A stretch of 64,000 nt of DNA from Meyerozyma guilliermondii. Lineage: Eukaryota. Within the stretch, counting starts at the first letter, position 1, and every line of letters begins with the position of its first letter. The notes beneath the pieces are model-generated. The model had not been told where the DNA came from, did not search any database, and saw only the letters and a list, made by a program, of their open reading frames with translations. This document shows positions 9,801 through 22,627 of this stretch, piece by piece. A program made the translations under genes and the position numbers. Location of the stretch: contig CP128818.1 in assembly GCA_051546255.1 (NCBI GenBank), positions 744,001-808,000 of the forward strand. Reading direction: 5' to 3'.

Positions 9801-12087
9801 GGGATAAGCAGGTGGTGGCGGTGTAAGTTGATGTTGAGTGTAATGCATATGGAGCTAATAGCAAAAATGTGGGAAGATGCGTGCATTTCAGGTGCACTAT
9901 CGCCATTTATTTTTACCGATTCGGAACCCATGCCTGAACCACTAAGAATTCTGGGGCTCCAAATATTCTTGATGAAAGCCGGTAATCTCGCATGTCTTAG
10001 ATATTTTTGATACAAGCCAACATAATAGTACGAATAACAAAACCTATTGTCAACTTGGATCGGTGCTACTAATGCTGGTCATCACTGGGGAGTTAACTGC
10101 AGAGCGGCATTAGCACCTGTCAATTCAGGTTGAACATGGTTGCAAAGTTTATCGCACGTTAGTTTTACGGGTATGCACAAACTTTAGTATGTCATGCATG
10201 AGCCTGCATAATGCACATATTCTATTCAATTTTTCATTTTTTATTAGGGGCGCAGCGTCCATGCATAGAAGGTTAAATTGAGTATAAACTTTCCTAGTTG
10301 GGAAGGCACACCATAGGGGAACAAAAATAGTAAATACACAATAGGCATTGTGGCAACCGCGGTGCAGAAAATTTTGGTTTTGGGAGGGTCCTCAGATTAC
10401 GCTGTACCTCAAATGCGGATTGACCCAACCGACTGCAGATAAACCCCGGGGTGAGCCCCCCATGCGGCGCGATTAACCGTTGACGAATTGCTGCACCTTT
10501 GAGAAAGCGCCCTTTTCGCTACCGAGAGATAAAAATAGTACGGCAAAGGAGTGGGGCCGCTAGTTCTTTCCTTCACTGCTTAACAAAATATTTAGGCGAA
10601 TCAAAACTTGTTAAAAGTAGACACCGTTTTCCTAATGCCATAACAATACTACAATGTAAGGGTTTTGCATTGATTCGCGTGTCATACGAGCCTTTTCACG
10701 TGCAGCTGGGGATGCGGCACGGAGACTCTGTACATCGCAACCATACAGGAAAAAAATCATGCATACATATGCTATGATGGTGACAAATGATTAGCATAAA
10801 TTTTTAGTGAACACGGTAATTTGGTAAGTTTAAACGGGTTCATCTGTCCGGACTTACGGAGGTCTTTTCGGAATTATCAACGTTAAATTAATTGTTGAAT
10901 TATCAACAATTTTTCACAGAACAAAATTCCACCTCGGCGGTAACCCGTATTTGGAAGTGGAACACTGCGCCCAGATTGCAGAACGGAGTAAGTTGGGGTA
11001 GATGAATGTTTCTTTTTTTTTCGCCTTCTTCATGACTCGCCAAGATGAAATCATGAAGTAACCACTATAACCTCAACTCAATATATAGTTAACTTACTGA
11101 TCTTATCTTATAGCTCAAACTCTATTAATATATATTTAAGGCTTATTTACTTTGATCGCGATCCTGTACCAATGTTAATCTTTGCACGATCTCAAACCTT
11201 GTTATTCAGCCGCATGAATGGACCCCTCTATTCAGGACACTGGAGTGACGTGTGGGTCCCGGGCAGGAATGTGCGTTATTAGCGTCACTACAGGCGACAC
11301 TATCTCAGAGCCTATGCGTCGCGGCTGTAAGGTCGTGCAGGTTGAGGACCCATAATGAAAAAATTAGGGCGATCGGCTGATTGTTTGTGGTAACCATGCA
11401 TCGAATGCATATGAAAACGTTTGAATACATCAAGATAAAATGTTACATTGGAGTTCCGAAATAGGCGAAGCCGCGTGGGATTTATTCATAGATTTTTCTG
11501 CGACATGAGGCTCACAACCTATTTGCGCGGTTCCGCATCTTAATAATTTTTGAAATGTTTTTTTTTTCAATTTTTGAATTATGCATGCATAAATATGCAT
11601 GCGCCTCACCGGGATGCGCGTGAATGCACAGTACCGACCTGAATCCTACGGGGGGTATCAACCCTTAGGTCTCGTTACTGCTAGGCGCAATTACCAAAAA
11701 CTGTCTTCCTCCCCAAAGTTATACAGGTCTACCTGCGACTCGCTGCGAGTTTTTGCGCCAAACTTCCCCTCTAACTAGACCCTGTACGTCTCGAACCCCT
11801 AAAAAAAAAAAAATCCTGCCGCATGTCAAGTTTATTTAAACATGAGATATCGCTGATGTTTAAATCGTTGCAACCTGCAGTGAATAATATATATTAAGGA
11901 GTTCTGTCGCACATATCCGAGTGTCTGATACCCCAGGTGTGTGTCAACTCGTTATTTTTGATTTTGGTTAGGGTCGTCAAAGCTTAAACCAATTCTACCC
12001 CTCCACCCGGTGCCGGGCCATCTCATCGTGTTACGAACCACCACTCCTCCTCTTCATCGATGGCTGGAGCTTGCACTCCCGACATCC
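9801..12087 (+). promoter_or_regulatory. Long (2.3 kb) CZF1 upstream regulatory region
   Basis: Largest gene-free interval in the window. Nine ATGCAT sites (APSES/Efg1-like), four AAGTTTA/TAAACTT sites (Wor1-like), GGAATG (Tec1-like) near 11266, poly-dA/dT tracts. Confidence 0.6.
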
Positions 12088-12855
12088 ATGAGTCCGAATC
12101 AATGGTCGCAGAATTCTAATGCGTACCACCACCTGCGACAACCGTTGGAGCCAGATGCTGCAATGCTTGCAGCAGCAGCAGCGGCGGCCACGTCCACGTC
12201 CACGTCCACCGACGACCGGGTGCCGGTGGTCAACAATGGGGAGCCCAGTCTTTTTCCACTGACTGCAGCTCCCATTCCCAATGTGTATTCTACGTTTTAC
12301 GGCACCGACATAGCCGGCCAGGCGCCGGCATGCGACAGCACGACATCTCCGATGCATCAGCCGGCAGCCGGTGATGGTTATTATGCACTGCAAAGTTCGG
12401 TGTTTACCACACAACCTTCCACTTCCACCACTTACAATATGGTTGGCGACTATGGTCAACCTCAATTGGGTCAATGGGACCGAGTTGCTGCACAAGCGCA
12501 TTACAATTCAAATGCTCGAGAACATCCCCGGCCGCCGCCGCGCATCAAGCGGCGCTCGTCCGAATCTACCTCCACCTCCAGTTCGGTTTCTTCGAGTGGA
12601 TCTTCAAGTAGACCGGTGGTGAAACGGTCACGCATGGGATGCCTCACCTGCCGGCTGCGAAAGAAGAGATGCTGTGAAACGCGTCCTCGATGTGCTGAAT
12701 GCAGCCGCTTGGGACTCCTGTGCGTTTGGCCCAAACCTGGGACCGAATACAAGAACCGACCTAAAGACCAAAAGGAAGACGAAAAGACCATCAATCACGA
12801 AATCTATGGCAAAATCAAGGTGCTTCGTGGAATTATCGAGCACAAGACCAGGTAG
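12088..12855 (+). CDS. CZF1: Zn(II)2Cys6 transcription factor Czf1 (255 aa)
   Basis: C-terminal KRSRMGCLTCRxRKKRCCETRPRCAECSRLGLxCVWPKPGTEYKN...GKIKVLRGIIE closely matches my recollection of the C. albicans Czf1 C-terminus; lies between CCT6 and SLY1; first ATG at 12088. Confidence 0.88.
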   Translation: MSPNQWSQNSNAYHHLRQPLEPDAAMLAAAAAAATSTSTSTDDRVPVVNNGEPSLFPLTAAPIPNVYSTFYGTDIAGQAPACDSTTSPMHQPAAGDGYYALQSSVFTTQPSTSTTYNMVGDYGQPQLGQWDRVAAQAHYNSNAREHPRPPPRIKRRSSESTSTSSSVSSSGSSSRPVVKRSRMGCLTCRLRKKRCCETRPRCAECSRLGLLCVWPKPGTEYKNRPKDQKEDEKTINHEIYGKIKVLRGIIEHKTR

Positions 12856-12978
12856 ATGTATAGCTTATTTTAACTAAATGCAGGAAACTTAATTGCCCCC
12901 ACACACCAACGAGCAACGCAGGCACACGCACACGCACAACCCACAACTTCACACGCAACCCACACACAACCATACCCC

Positions 12979-14945
12979 ATGTCCGTGCTTGAAGACCGCA
13001 GCTTGCGTGACCGACAGATTGGTAAGTCCTTTGCATCATATATTGCATCAACACCACTAACTCAGCCATCCTCGAGCGCATGCTCCACCTTAACAAGGAA
13101 GGCGACGCCGACCTTACCCTCGCATCAAAGAAAGAGGAAATCATCTGGAAAGTGTTGGTTCTAGACTCCAAGTCCCAAGCAGTGTTATCCTCCGTGCTAC
13201 GCGTCAACGACCTTCTCCGGTGCGGCATCACCGTGCATACGGTCATCAATTCTCGGAGACTGCCGCTTCCAGATGTGCCGGTTATATATTTCGTGGAACC
13301 CACGGTAGAAAATATTCGAGTGATTATTGACGATCTCGCAGCAGAAAAATATGACAAGTTTTACATCAATTTCACTTTTTCCATTAATCGTGAATTACTC
13401 GAGGATTTTGCAAAGAAAGTGAGCCTTACAGGGAAAGCATCAAAGATTAAACAAGTATATGATCAATATCTCGATTTCATAGTCACAGAACCTAATTTGT
13501 TCCTGTTGGACGTTCCTCGTGTTTTTTCAACTTTCAACAATCCAGCTACAAAAGAGGACGATATTCATTCACTCGCGGGAAAAATCGCCGACGGAATCCT
13601 TTCCACCATCATTGCCACCGCCTCGGTTCCCATCATTAGATGTCCTCGTAATGGTGCTGCCGAACTTGTTGCCACCCAATTGGACCTCAAACTCAGAGAT
13701 TATTTGAGTAATACTCGTAATTTGATCAACCAACTGGTCCAACAACGGCCAGTCTTGGTGATTTTGGACCGTTCAATCGACCTCTCGGCAATGTTGTCGC
13801 ATTCTTGGATCTACCAGTGTATGGTGAGCGATGTGTTTGAGCTCAAAAGGAACACCATTCGTCTCGTTAAGTTTGCCGATGACAAGGAAACCGTGAAAAA
13901 TTACGATATCGACCCAAAAGATTTCTTTTGGTCTAAAAACTCGGCTCTTCCGTTTCCCGATGTGGTTGAAAATGCCGATATAGAGCTCAATGCCTATAAG
14001 AAGGATGCCCAGGACCTCACCAACAAGACAGGAATCACATCGTTCAGCGATATCGATCCAAACTCAACAGATACCCTGCATATCCAACAAGCGGTGGATG
14101 CATTGCCGGAATTGACCGCACGAAAGGCCACTCTCGATATGCACATGGATGTGTTGGCGACGCTTTTGAAGGAACTTGAAGCCAAATCGCTTGATAAGTT
14201 TTTCGAGATTGAGCAAAATTGCCACGATCCAAAAATTCAGAACCAGTTTCTCGAGTTGATGAACACAGACGCCAAGCGCGACAACTCCACCGACAAATTG
14301 CGTACGTTCTTGATTCTTGTGCTTACGTTGGATCTTCCAGACTCGTTCGTTGCTAACGTTCAACTGATTCTCAAGGAAAAGTATCCCACCATCGATCTTG
14401 CGGCGCTCGAATATGTGAAGGGTCTTAAACAGCGGATGAAGTTATCCAATATCTCCACATTAACAGAGAATAGTGGTCAGAGGTCGTCGTCCGTGGATGT
14501 ATCCAAGAACAACTCAGCTCTTTTCAACGGATTGTCTTCCAAACTTTATGGGCTTGCAGACGGCCGACTCACCGAAGGACTTAGTTCCTTAGCTTCTGGG
14601 CTCAAAAAGTTTTTGCCTGCTAAAACCCAGCTTCCCATCACCAACATTGTCGAGGCAATCATGGACCCAAACAGTGCTTCTACAGCGCTGGTTCAAGTCA
14701 CCGACGACTACCTCTATTTAGACCCCAAACTGCGTGGAGGACACTCGAAGCCGCCCAAGCGTCAAACTTACCTGGAAGCCCAGGTTTTCGTGGTGGGTGG
14801 AGGCAGCTACCTCGAGTACCAAAATCTTCAAGAATGGTGCCATATGCCCAATAAGCCTGTGCGGCGAGTCACATACGGTAGCACCGATGTCATGACGGCC
14901 ACCGAGTTTTTGCAGGAGTGTGGGGATTTAGGACGTCTTGGTTAA
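12979..14945 (+). CDS. SLY1: Sec1/Munc18 protein Sly1, 2 exons (12979-13021, 13066-14945), 640 aa
   Basis: Spliced N-terminus MSVLEDRSLRDRQIAILERMLHLN; WKVLVLD, LRVNDLL..GITVH, HSWIYQCMVSDVF, VFVVGGG.Y.EYQNL. Confidence 0.96.
13022..13065 (+). other. SLY1 intron (44 nt)
   Basis: GTAAGT...CACTAAC-TCAG; removal fuses ORFs 12979 and 13080. Confidence 0.9.
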
Positions 14946-14972
14946 TACAATACTTCTTTCTCTATGTCTAGT

Positions 14973-16544
<1,572 letters not shown>

Positions 16545-16877
16545 TCAGTCGCTGCACATACTTGATCACGCCATAGTATACAGCAGGGTGCATGAAACCC
16601 CGCTAACGAAAGTCCGCGAATAGCCGTAGAAAAAGAAGTCACGTATATTACAGTTTAGTCTGGAAGCCTACACACCGTTTCATATCGGAAATAGACATAT
16701 TTTCTGAGCTTCCATGCATGCGTCTGCATGCGTTCGTCCCGAAAAAAAAAAAAACTTTTTCCATCTCTCGCCTCGCCTGCAGTAGCAATCTATTGCGCAT
16801 AATGTTACGTCGTAGATCTTGAAACCTTGGCTGATATTAGCGGGATTGCCTTATGTGGGTGGGGTCCCCCCCCCCCA

Positions 16878-17711
16878 CTAAATGTCGTCTTCCCCCACTT
16901 CTTCCACATCCACTGGTTCCTTGGGTTCTTGGCCCTCGCTCCACTGCGTAACATCGTCAATGTAGCTCAAGATCGTAGCTACGGAATCACTTTCCTTGGT
17001 ACAGTCTAAAGGAAGAAATTGTACCATGCCAAAATCGTCCACTAAATTTGCAATCGCTCGATTGAGTCGCACAAATCGCGGGTTCGATTCGCTCTCAAGG
17101 TCAACTTTTTTCAGCAGAAGAAGCAAGGGATCTGGGTTTAAAAACCTTTTGAGTTGACGCCGTGTCACGTCGTCCTTGATAAGATCGGTTTTCAGAAGAA
17201 TATTTATATGTGGAAGCTCTAGAAGGATCATCGCTGACATCGCACTCAATGCGGCCGAGAAGAATTTGGCATGTTCCACCACAAATGGTGCTTCCACCAA
17301 ATATGTGGCGCAAAGATTGAACCCAAGCAGTTGTTGTAAATGCCGTACGATCGTCGGCATGGCCGGAACATGGGTATATAATTCGATTTGACCGGGACAG
17401 TCAAAGATGAGATATTCGTCATTATAGTCTCCAATCTCCTCATCTAGCCAGTCAAGATTTTCCATCAAATATTCAAAGCAGTAGATCAACGCACCGTTGG
17501 GACCCAAGTCGAGCTCTTCCATGACATCCTGGAGCGAAATAAGGTCTCTGATGTCGATGGTGAATTCGTAGTTTGTGGGTTCCGCGGCCGGATCAAGATT
17601 AACTATGTGAGCTCTACGGCCAATTGTCTGCATGTGTGCTATTATGGAGTTGCAGAAGGTGGATTTTCCAGCCCCGGCAGGCCCAAGAGCCAAGACGCCA
17701 ACACGGGACAT
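16878..17711 (-). CDS. GPN3: GPN-loop GTPase 3
   Basis: ATG at 17711; [33 protein letters not shown]. Confidence 0.95.
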   Translation of the reverse strand: MSRVGVLALGPAGAGKSTFCNSIIAHMQTIGRRAHIVNLDPAAEPTNYEFTIDIRDLISLQDVMEELDLGPNGALIYCFEYLMENLDWLDEEIGDYNDEYLIFDCPGQIELYTHVPAMPTIVRHLQQLLGFNLCATYLVEAPFVVEHAKFFSAALSAMSAMILLELPHINILLKTDLIKDDVTRRQLKRFLNPDPLLLLLKKVDLESESNPRFVRLNRAIANLVDDFGMVQFLPLDCTKESDSVATILSYIDDVTQWSEGQEPKEPVDVEEVGEDDI

Positions 17712-17938
17712 AATAGTAGTTGTAGTTGGTGTGCGATGAGATCTCACTAATCATGTGTGTGCAGGATTGCGAAGCAGCCGATGCGAAGCGATGGTTGCGA
17801 AGCGATGGAAGCTGAAGAAAGCAAGGAAAAGATTAAGTAAAAATCGAAAGTAATAAAAAAGCAGTCAATTTGTAGAAAACTTGTAGAAAATCTGTAGAGT
17901 TATTAGATTGTAGAAAATAGAATGCAATAAATACCACA

Positions 17939-19816
17939 TCAACTCCGACACCAACAGTCGTCATAATCATTCTCCACTTGGATCATGACCTCGATGTTTC
18001 TCTGGGTAAAAAGCTGGGAACACAGTCTCTTGATATAAGCGGTGTTTTCTCCCCGGTAAACTTGCACATGAAGGTATCCGTTCAAATTTGACGTTCCACT
18101 AGATGGCCAGAATCGAGGTGTGGTAAATGACTTTACACCTTTAATTTCCAAAATATCATTGAGAACCAAACGAACCTTTTCCTCGTTGGAGGTTGAAAGC
18201 AGAAGCAACAAAGACGAAGCTGTAGATTTCAACAATGGAATAGCAGACAAAAAAATGAGCACTGCTATAACTATCGAGGCCATTGGATCGAACCCGTTCC
18301 ATCCCAGTAATTTTGTAAGAATTGTCGAAACCACCACTCCAACAGAGCCCAAAGTGTCAGCGAGAATGTGGAGAAAGATCCCTTGCATGTTATCGTTATC
18401 TGCTTTTTGGGAGTGACTGTGACTGTGACTGCAATTTTGATCGTAATGATCATGGTTCTCTTTTTCGTATTCGAGCTTTTCATGAACGTGTTCGTCATGA
18501 CTGTGTTCGTATCCGTGACTGTGTCCATGGCTATGTCCATGACTATGTCCATGTCCATGAAATGCAAAAATTCCCACCAAGTTCACCCCAAGTCCCATGG
18601 CTGACACTAGGATCAATTCGGTAGTCTTTTGAAGCAGTACAGGGTTCAGCAACCTGCCCAAAGCCTCAAACACGATGCTCCCCGAAATCCCAACGAGTAA
18701 AGTTCCATTTGCAAAACCTGCCAAAGTTTCAAAATTCTTAAGTCCAAATGGATATTTTCCGTTCGAATCGATGGGCGCTTTCAGAAAAATACCAGCAAGA
18801 AGCCCAAGAGCAAGCGAAGCACAGTCAAGAGCCATATGGAGCGAATCGGAGAGGAGACCAAGCGATTTTGACCGAAACGAGTAAATGAGCTGCACAAACA
18901 TGAACGCCGAGTTGAGTAAAAGAAACCGAAAAATGGCTCTAGTATCGTCGTGGGTCAGCAATTGGCGCAAGAGCTCCAATTTCGACTCGGTGGCCCACGG
19001 TTGACCCGGCATTGTTGTAGCTGGAAAAATGAGACCACAAACAATAGTGAAAAACAGCAAATTTGGGTCTTTTTTCAGCCACCAACCCGCCAAAATTTGC
19101 CCTAACATAGCGGCAATGATTGTAAGCGAGACTTCCAATCTTGTGGCACACCATCGACCATTTCGAGACGCCACGACAGAAGTTACCACCAGGGTAAAAA
19201 CAGACCATGTGGTTATTTTCACTACCAGAGCTCCAAAAAACCACGAAATAACACCGCAAACGCCACAGATTCCTGTTAGCACATAGCTCTGTTGCTTTCC
19301 AGCCTCCAGCACCATTTTTGTGCCGCCCAAGCTGATTTGGTCTTGTAAAACCAAACTTGAGGTTGCAATCAATGCATAAGAAACCACACCCAAACGCCAG
19401 TCCACGGCCCCAAATACAACCTCGTGCACGGAAACCGCCACCGCAAACCAATTGAGCCCGTCAATGGTCATAGACACAAATAATATTGCCGCTTTCGTCA
19501 CCGGAAGCATCGCGCACCCTAGCGTGCCCAAAAAAATGCCAATCAAAACCCGGATTAACGACCTATTCCAGCCCAACCCGTATACCAGGGTGATCCCCAA
19601 GACGTACACAGTACAGCTGTATACTAAAGGAGCCAAAAAAAGGCCCAAAACGGCGGAAATTGAAAAAGTGGACGACAGTGAATCAGTCACCAACGCCGAT
19701 ATCGGGGCAAAAAGTGCTATTGAAGCCCCGAGAAAAGACGCCCGGAAAACAGTGGCCGCAGTCGTATGGAAAATGGTCCCGACGCCCGCCAGCCATTCGT
19801 CAGGCCCGATATTCAT
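17939..19816 (-). CDS. MSC2: Cation diffusion facilitator zinc transporter Msc2
   Basis: Multi-TM N-terminal extension plus CDF core SLGLLSDSLHMALDC, His-rich loop (HGHS)n, NMQGIFLHILADTLGSVGV; exact start uncertain (first ATG 19816). Confidence 0.9.
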   Translation of the reverse strand: MNIGPDEWLAGVGTIFHTTAATVFRASFLGASIALFAPISALVTDSLSSTFSISAVLGLFLAPLVYSCTVYVLGITLVYGLGWNRSLIRVLIGIFLGTLGCAMLPVTKAAILFVSMTIDGLNWFAVAVSVHEVVFGAVDWRLGVVSYALIATSSLVLQDQISLGGTKMVLEAGKQQSYVLTGICGVCGVISWFFGALVVKITTWSVFTLVVTSVVASRNGRWCATRLEVSLTIIAAMLGQILAGWWLKKDPNLLFFTIVCGLIFPATTMPGQPWATESKLELLRQLLTHDDTRAIFRFLLLNSAFMFVQLIYSFRSKSLGLLSDSLHMALDCASLALGLLAGIFLKAPIDSNGKYPFGLKNFETLAGFANGTLLVGISGSIVFEALGRLLNPVLLQKTTELILVSAMGLGVNLVGIFAFHGHGHSHGHSHGHSHGYEHSHDEHVHEKLEYEKENHDHYDQNCSHSHSHSQKADNDNMQGIFLHILADTLGSVGVVVSTILTKLLGWNGFDPMASIVIAVLIFLSAIPLLKSTASSLLLLLSTSNEEKVRLVLNDILEIKGVKSFTTPRFWPSSGTSNLNGYLHVQVYRGENTAYIKRLCSQLFTQRNIEVMIQVENDYDDCWCRS

Positions 19817-20319
19817 CACGGTCAATTTATGTCAATACTTACATCATCGAGCCACGAACGGCAGAGGTGGTGCGCGCGTGCTGCCTGCAGGACGATGACA
19901 TCATATTCACATATGAACAATGTCGGGTCAGTGTTTGAGCGGTGCCACTTTTGAGCGAGCCTGTTAGACCAGGGGTTTTTTACTAACACTCACAAAACAT
20001 TTTGAAAAGCTGGGGCCCGAATCTGGACAACTGCACATTTTGCAACCTGCCCCACTACCGATACTCCACCCTCGGATCTCAATACCGGTGCGAGCCGCAA
20101 CGTCAAATTGAAGATCTGGTGTTTTTTTATAGACGCTACGTTTTCAGAAGTGGTTGTTGTTTTTCAACGGAAGTTTCAAAACAAAGAACGTGGCACATCC
20201 TAGAGCCCCCATCTCTTCGTACACAAGTTCGGGACTCGAAATCTTGACTGTATCCGCCACCACTAATCATCTGACGTCATCGTCATTTTCCACCTCCCCA
20301 AAAAGATTCATATAAAACC

Positions 20320-22398
20320 ATGGAACTTTACTTTCTTCGACATGCCCAGCGCATTGACCACGCTCCCAAAGACTCGGGTGCTTATCCCCTATCTTCAGAC
20401 TACCAAAGCTACGATCCTCCGCTAGCTTCTACGGCCATAGAACAAGTGCAAAATATTGCACAAAGATTTGTCGAAGTTACCAATGCTTTTTCGTCGGAAA
20501 GTAGTGGAGAAGGAGCTGGGCCGATGCGGAAGAACATCTTTGTTCATTTTCTGCCGTATCTTCGGTGCTGCCAAACTGCCGACTTACTCGTTTCGGAATT
20601 GAAGACAAGATTACCGGCGGAATTTCCACAAATAAAGCTTAGATTCCAGCTTTTGGGAGACTTTGCCCTCTCCGAGTGGGTCCACGACAAAATGAAGAAC
20701 AAACCACCGTTTCTCGACTCCAATGAGGCTTATCTGATGTACACTCCAAATTGCAAGAGCCTAAAGAACAAGCTGAATCTCTCTAATTTCCGCCCCACAA
20801 ACACCTTGGGACCCTATAATGGGCCCGATCTCAGCTACGCCGACTACCAGTCTCGCTGCAAAGACTACTTTCAAAAATTGCTCGCAACATACGACAAGGC
20901 AAATTATATTCGCAACCAAGACGTCATCTTTGTGATCACCCATGGGTACCCTGTGAACAATTTCATGTCCTACTTCATGAACCATCCTATCTTTGACGAG
21001 ATCCCCGAGGCAAAACTCAACGGAGCCCGAAGGGTGCTCAAAAACGACGATTCAAGACAATCCACTGAAGAGTCGGAAGAGTCTGTGGACGGCCCAATTT
21101 TCAAAGTTTCCAGTTCCAAGCTGGACTCGCCAGAAGATCCCTACGACCCCACTCTCTACACTTGGCGTCTCTTTGAGGATGCTCTTGAACTTCTCAAAAA
21201 AGAGGATATTGATCCTACCCTCAACCTCGAAACAGATGTGGTCTACTACAAGACAAACTTCATAAAGCGCAACGAAAGAGATAACCTCAATATGAATCTC
21301 GATGTGCCCAAGCCCATGGACCAGCCGCGGGCCTCGTTCAAAATTGCATCTCGGTCGCTGTCGGCAAATACTCTGGCGCCAATACGAAATTATAATCCAA
21401 TTTGTCCCGCTGCTCGAGACTGGCTGCCCAACACTGCCAAGCTTTACCAAGTGAAGGCAGACTTCAAGTTGAAGACCATCAATTCCGAAGCGTTTCGAAA
21501 AGATTTCAGTCTTCTGAACCATCCTAGTAAACCGGTGTCTCCCGAGATATCTCCCAGTAGTGAGCCTACTCGCAACAATTCGGTGATTGATCTCAGCAAA
21601 CTCAAAAGCAACGAAGACATCTACAAGCCGATGAAGTTGCGGTACTCCACCACTTCTGATATTCCGATTCACAGACTTAACTCCAAGGTCAATTCACAGG
21701 TGAATTTGGCTGGCCTTCTGTCCCACAGGGACTCGTCGTCCACGGAACTGCTGTCGGTTGACCTTCCCAAATACATCTCCAGTATCACAACCAACCGAAA
21801 ACGGTCCATCTCCAATCCGGTGGGTTTTTCCTACCACTCAAAGGACTCGTATTTTCCTCTGGTGGTTACCAAACAAAACGACTCTTCTGCGTCGATAGAT
21901 TCAGGACTGCCCATAGACGAAGGGTCCGAAGAGGAAACTGAGAACCATGAAGACGACAACGTGGTTTTCCAGCCACCAAACCCGCTCTTGAACCGGGCCA
22001 AAAGCTTGAATTACAAGCGAGCCGCAACCAGCAACGAGTCCAAGCTTTCGTCTCTTGGAAAGTACAAAATTCCAGAAGACCAGCGGTTCTCGCTCCAGTT
22101 CGGCGACCAGACCAGCGACAGAAACGGAGAAAGATCAAGTGATAAAAACGAAGAAAAATCTGAAAAAGTCGACAAAACCGGAAGAGGCACCAAACCGGAA
22201 AAGCCTCCGTTCCGCTCGAGCAGAGACTCCATAAAGCTTATTCTGTCGTTGAACAAGTCGCCAAAACAGCTGATGTTCTACCAATTCAACGACAACTCGG
22301 ACGAATCGTTGTCGTCGGAAGATGGCAGTTCCGGCTCCGGCTCCGAGGATGAAGACAGCAAGTTTGTGTGGTTTGGTCAGAACAGAAGGAAAGACTAG
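20320..22398 (+). CDS. Histidine-phosphatase (PGAM-like) domain protein with a long Ser-rich tail
   Basis: LYFLRHAQRID, HF(S)PYLRCCQTA with CUG=Ser, LSEW, VITHG motifs; low-complexity C-terminal half. Confidence 0.8.
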   Translation: MELYFLRHAQRIDHAPKDSGAYPLSSDYQSYDPPLASTAIEQVQNIAQRFVEVTNAFSSESSGEGAGPMRKNIFVHFLPYLRCCQTADLLVSELKTRLPAEFPQIKLRFQLLGDFALSEWVHDKMKNKPPFLDSNEAYLMYTPNCKSLKNKLNLSNFRPTNTLGPYNGPDLSYADYQSRCKDYFQKLLATYDKANYIRNQDVIFVITHGYPVNNFMSYFMNHPIFDEIPEAKLNGARRVLKNDDSRQSTEESEESVDGPIFKVSSSKLDSPEDPYDPTLYTWRLFEDALELLKKEDIDPTLNLETDVVYYKTNFIKRNERDNLNMNLDVPKPMDQPRASFKIASRSLSANTLAPIRNYNPICPAARDWLPNTAKLYQVKADFKLKTINSEAFRKDFSLLNHPSKPVSPEISPSSEPTRNNSVIDLSKLKSNEDIYKPMKLRYSTTSDIPIHRLNSKVNSQVNLAGLLSHRDSSSTELLSVDLPKYISSITTNRKRSISNPVGFSYHSKDSYFPLVVTKQNDSSASIDSGLPIDEGSEEETENHEDDNVVFQPPNPLLNRAKSLNYKRAATSNESKLSSLGKYKIPEDQRFSLQFGDQTSDRNGERSSDKNEEKSEKVDKTGRGTKPEKPPFRSSRDSIKLILSLNKSPKQLMFYQFNDNSDESLSSEDGSSGSGSEDEDSKFVWFGQNRRKD

Positions 22399-22627
22399 CT
22401 AATAATAGAAGGGATCAGCTACTACATATAGATCTACATATAGAGAACATAATATTATCATATTTTGGCATATTTCACAATTTTGCAACTTGAACCAATA
22501 TAGCCTGCACTCAGAGCCTTTGGGTGCGAAATTCAAATATCACTAAATCCAAGATAATCTCAACTTAACCTCCAACAACCCTCAATTCCCACCATTTTTT
22601 ACTCCAAAAAACGCTTTTCTAGAGTAC

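Noticed and set aside
18480..18560. 12-bp tandem repeat in MSC2
   Set aside because: Encodes the ordinary His-rich loop of CDF zinc transporters
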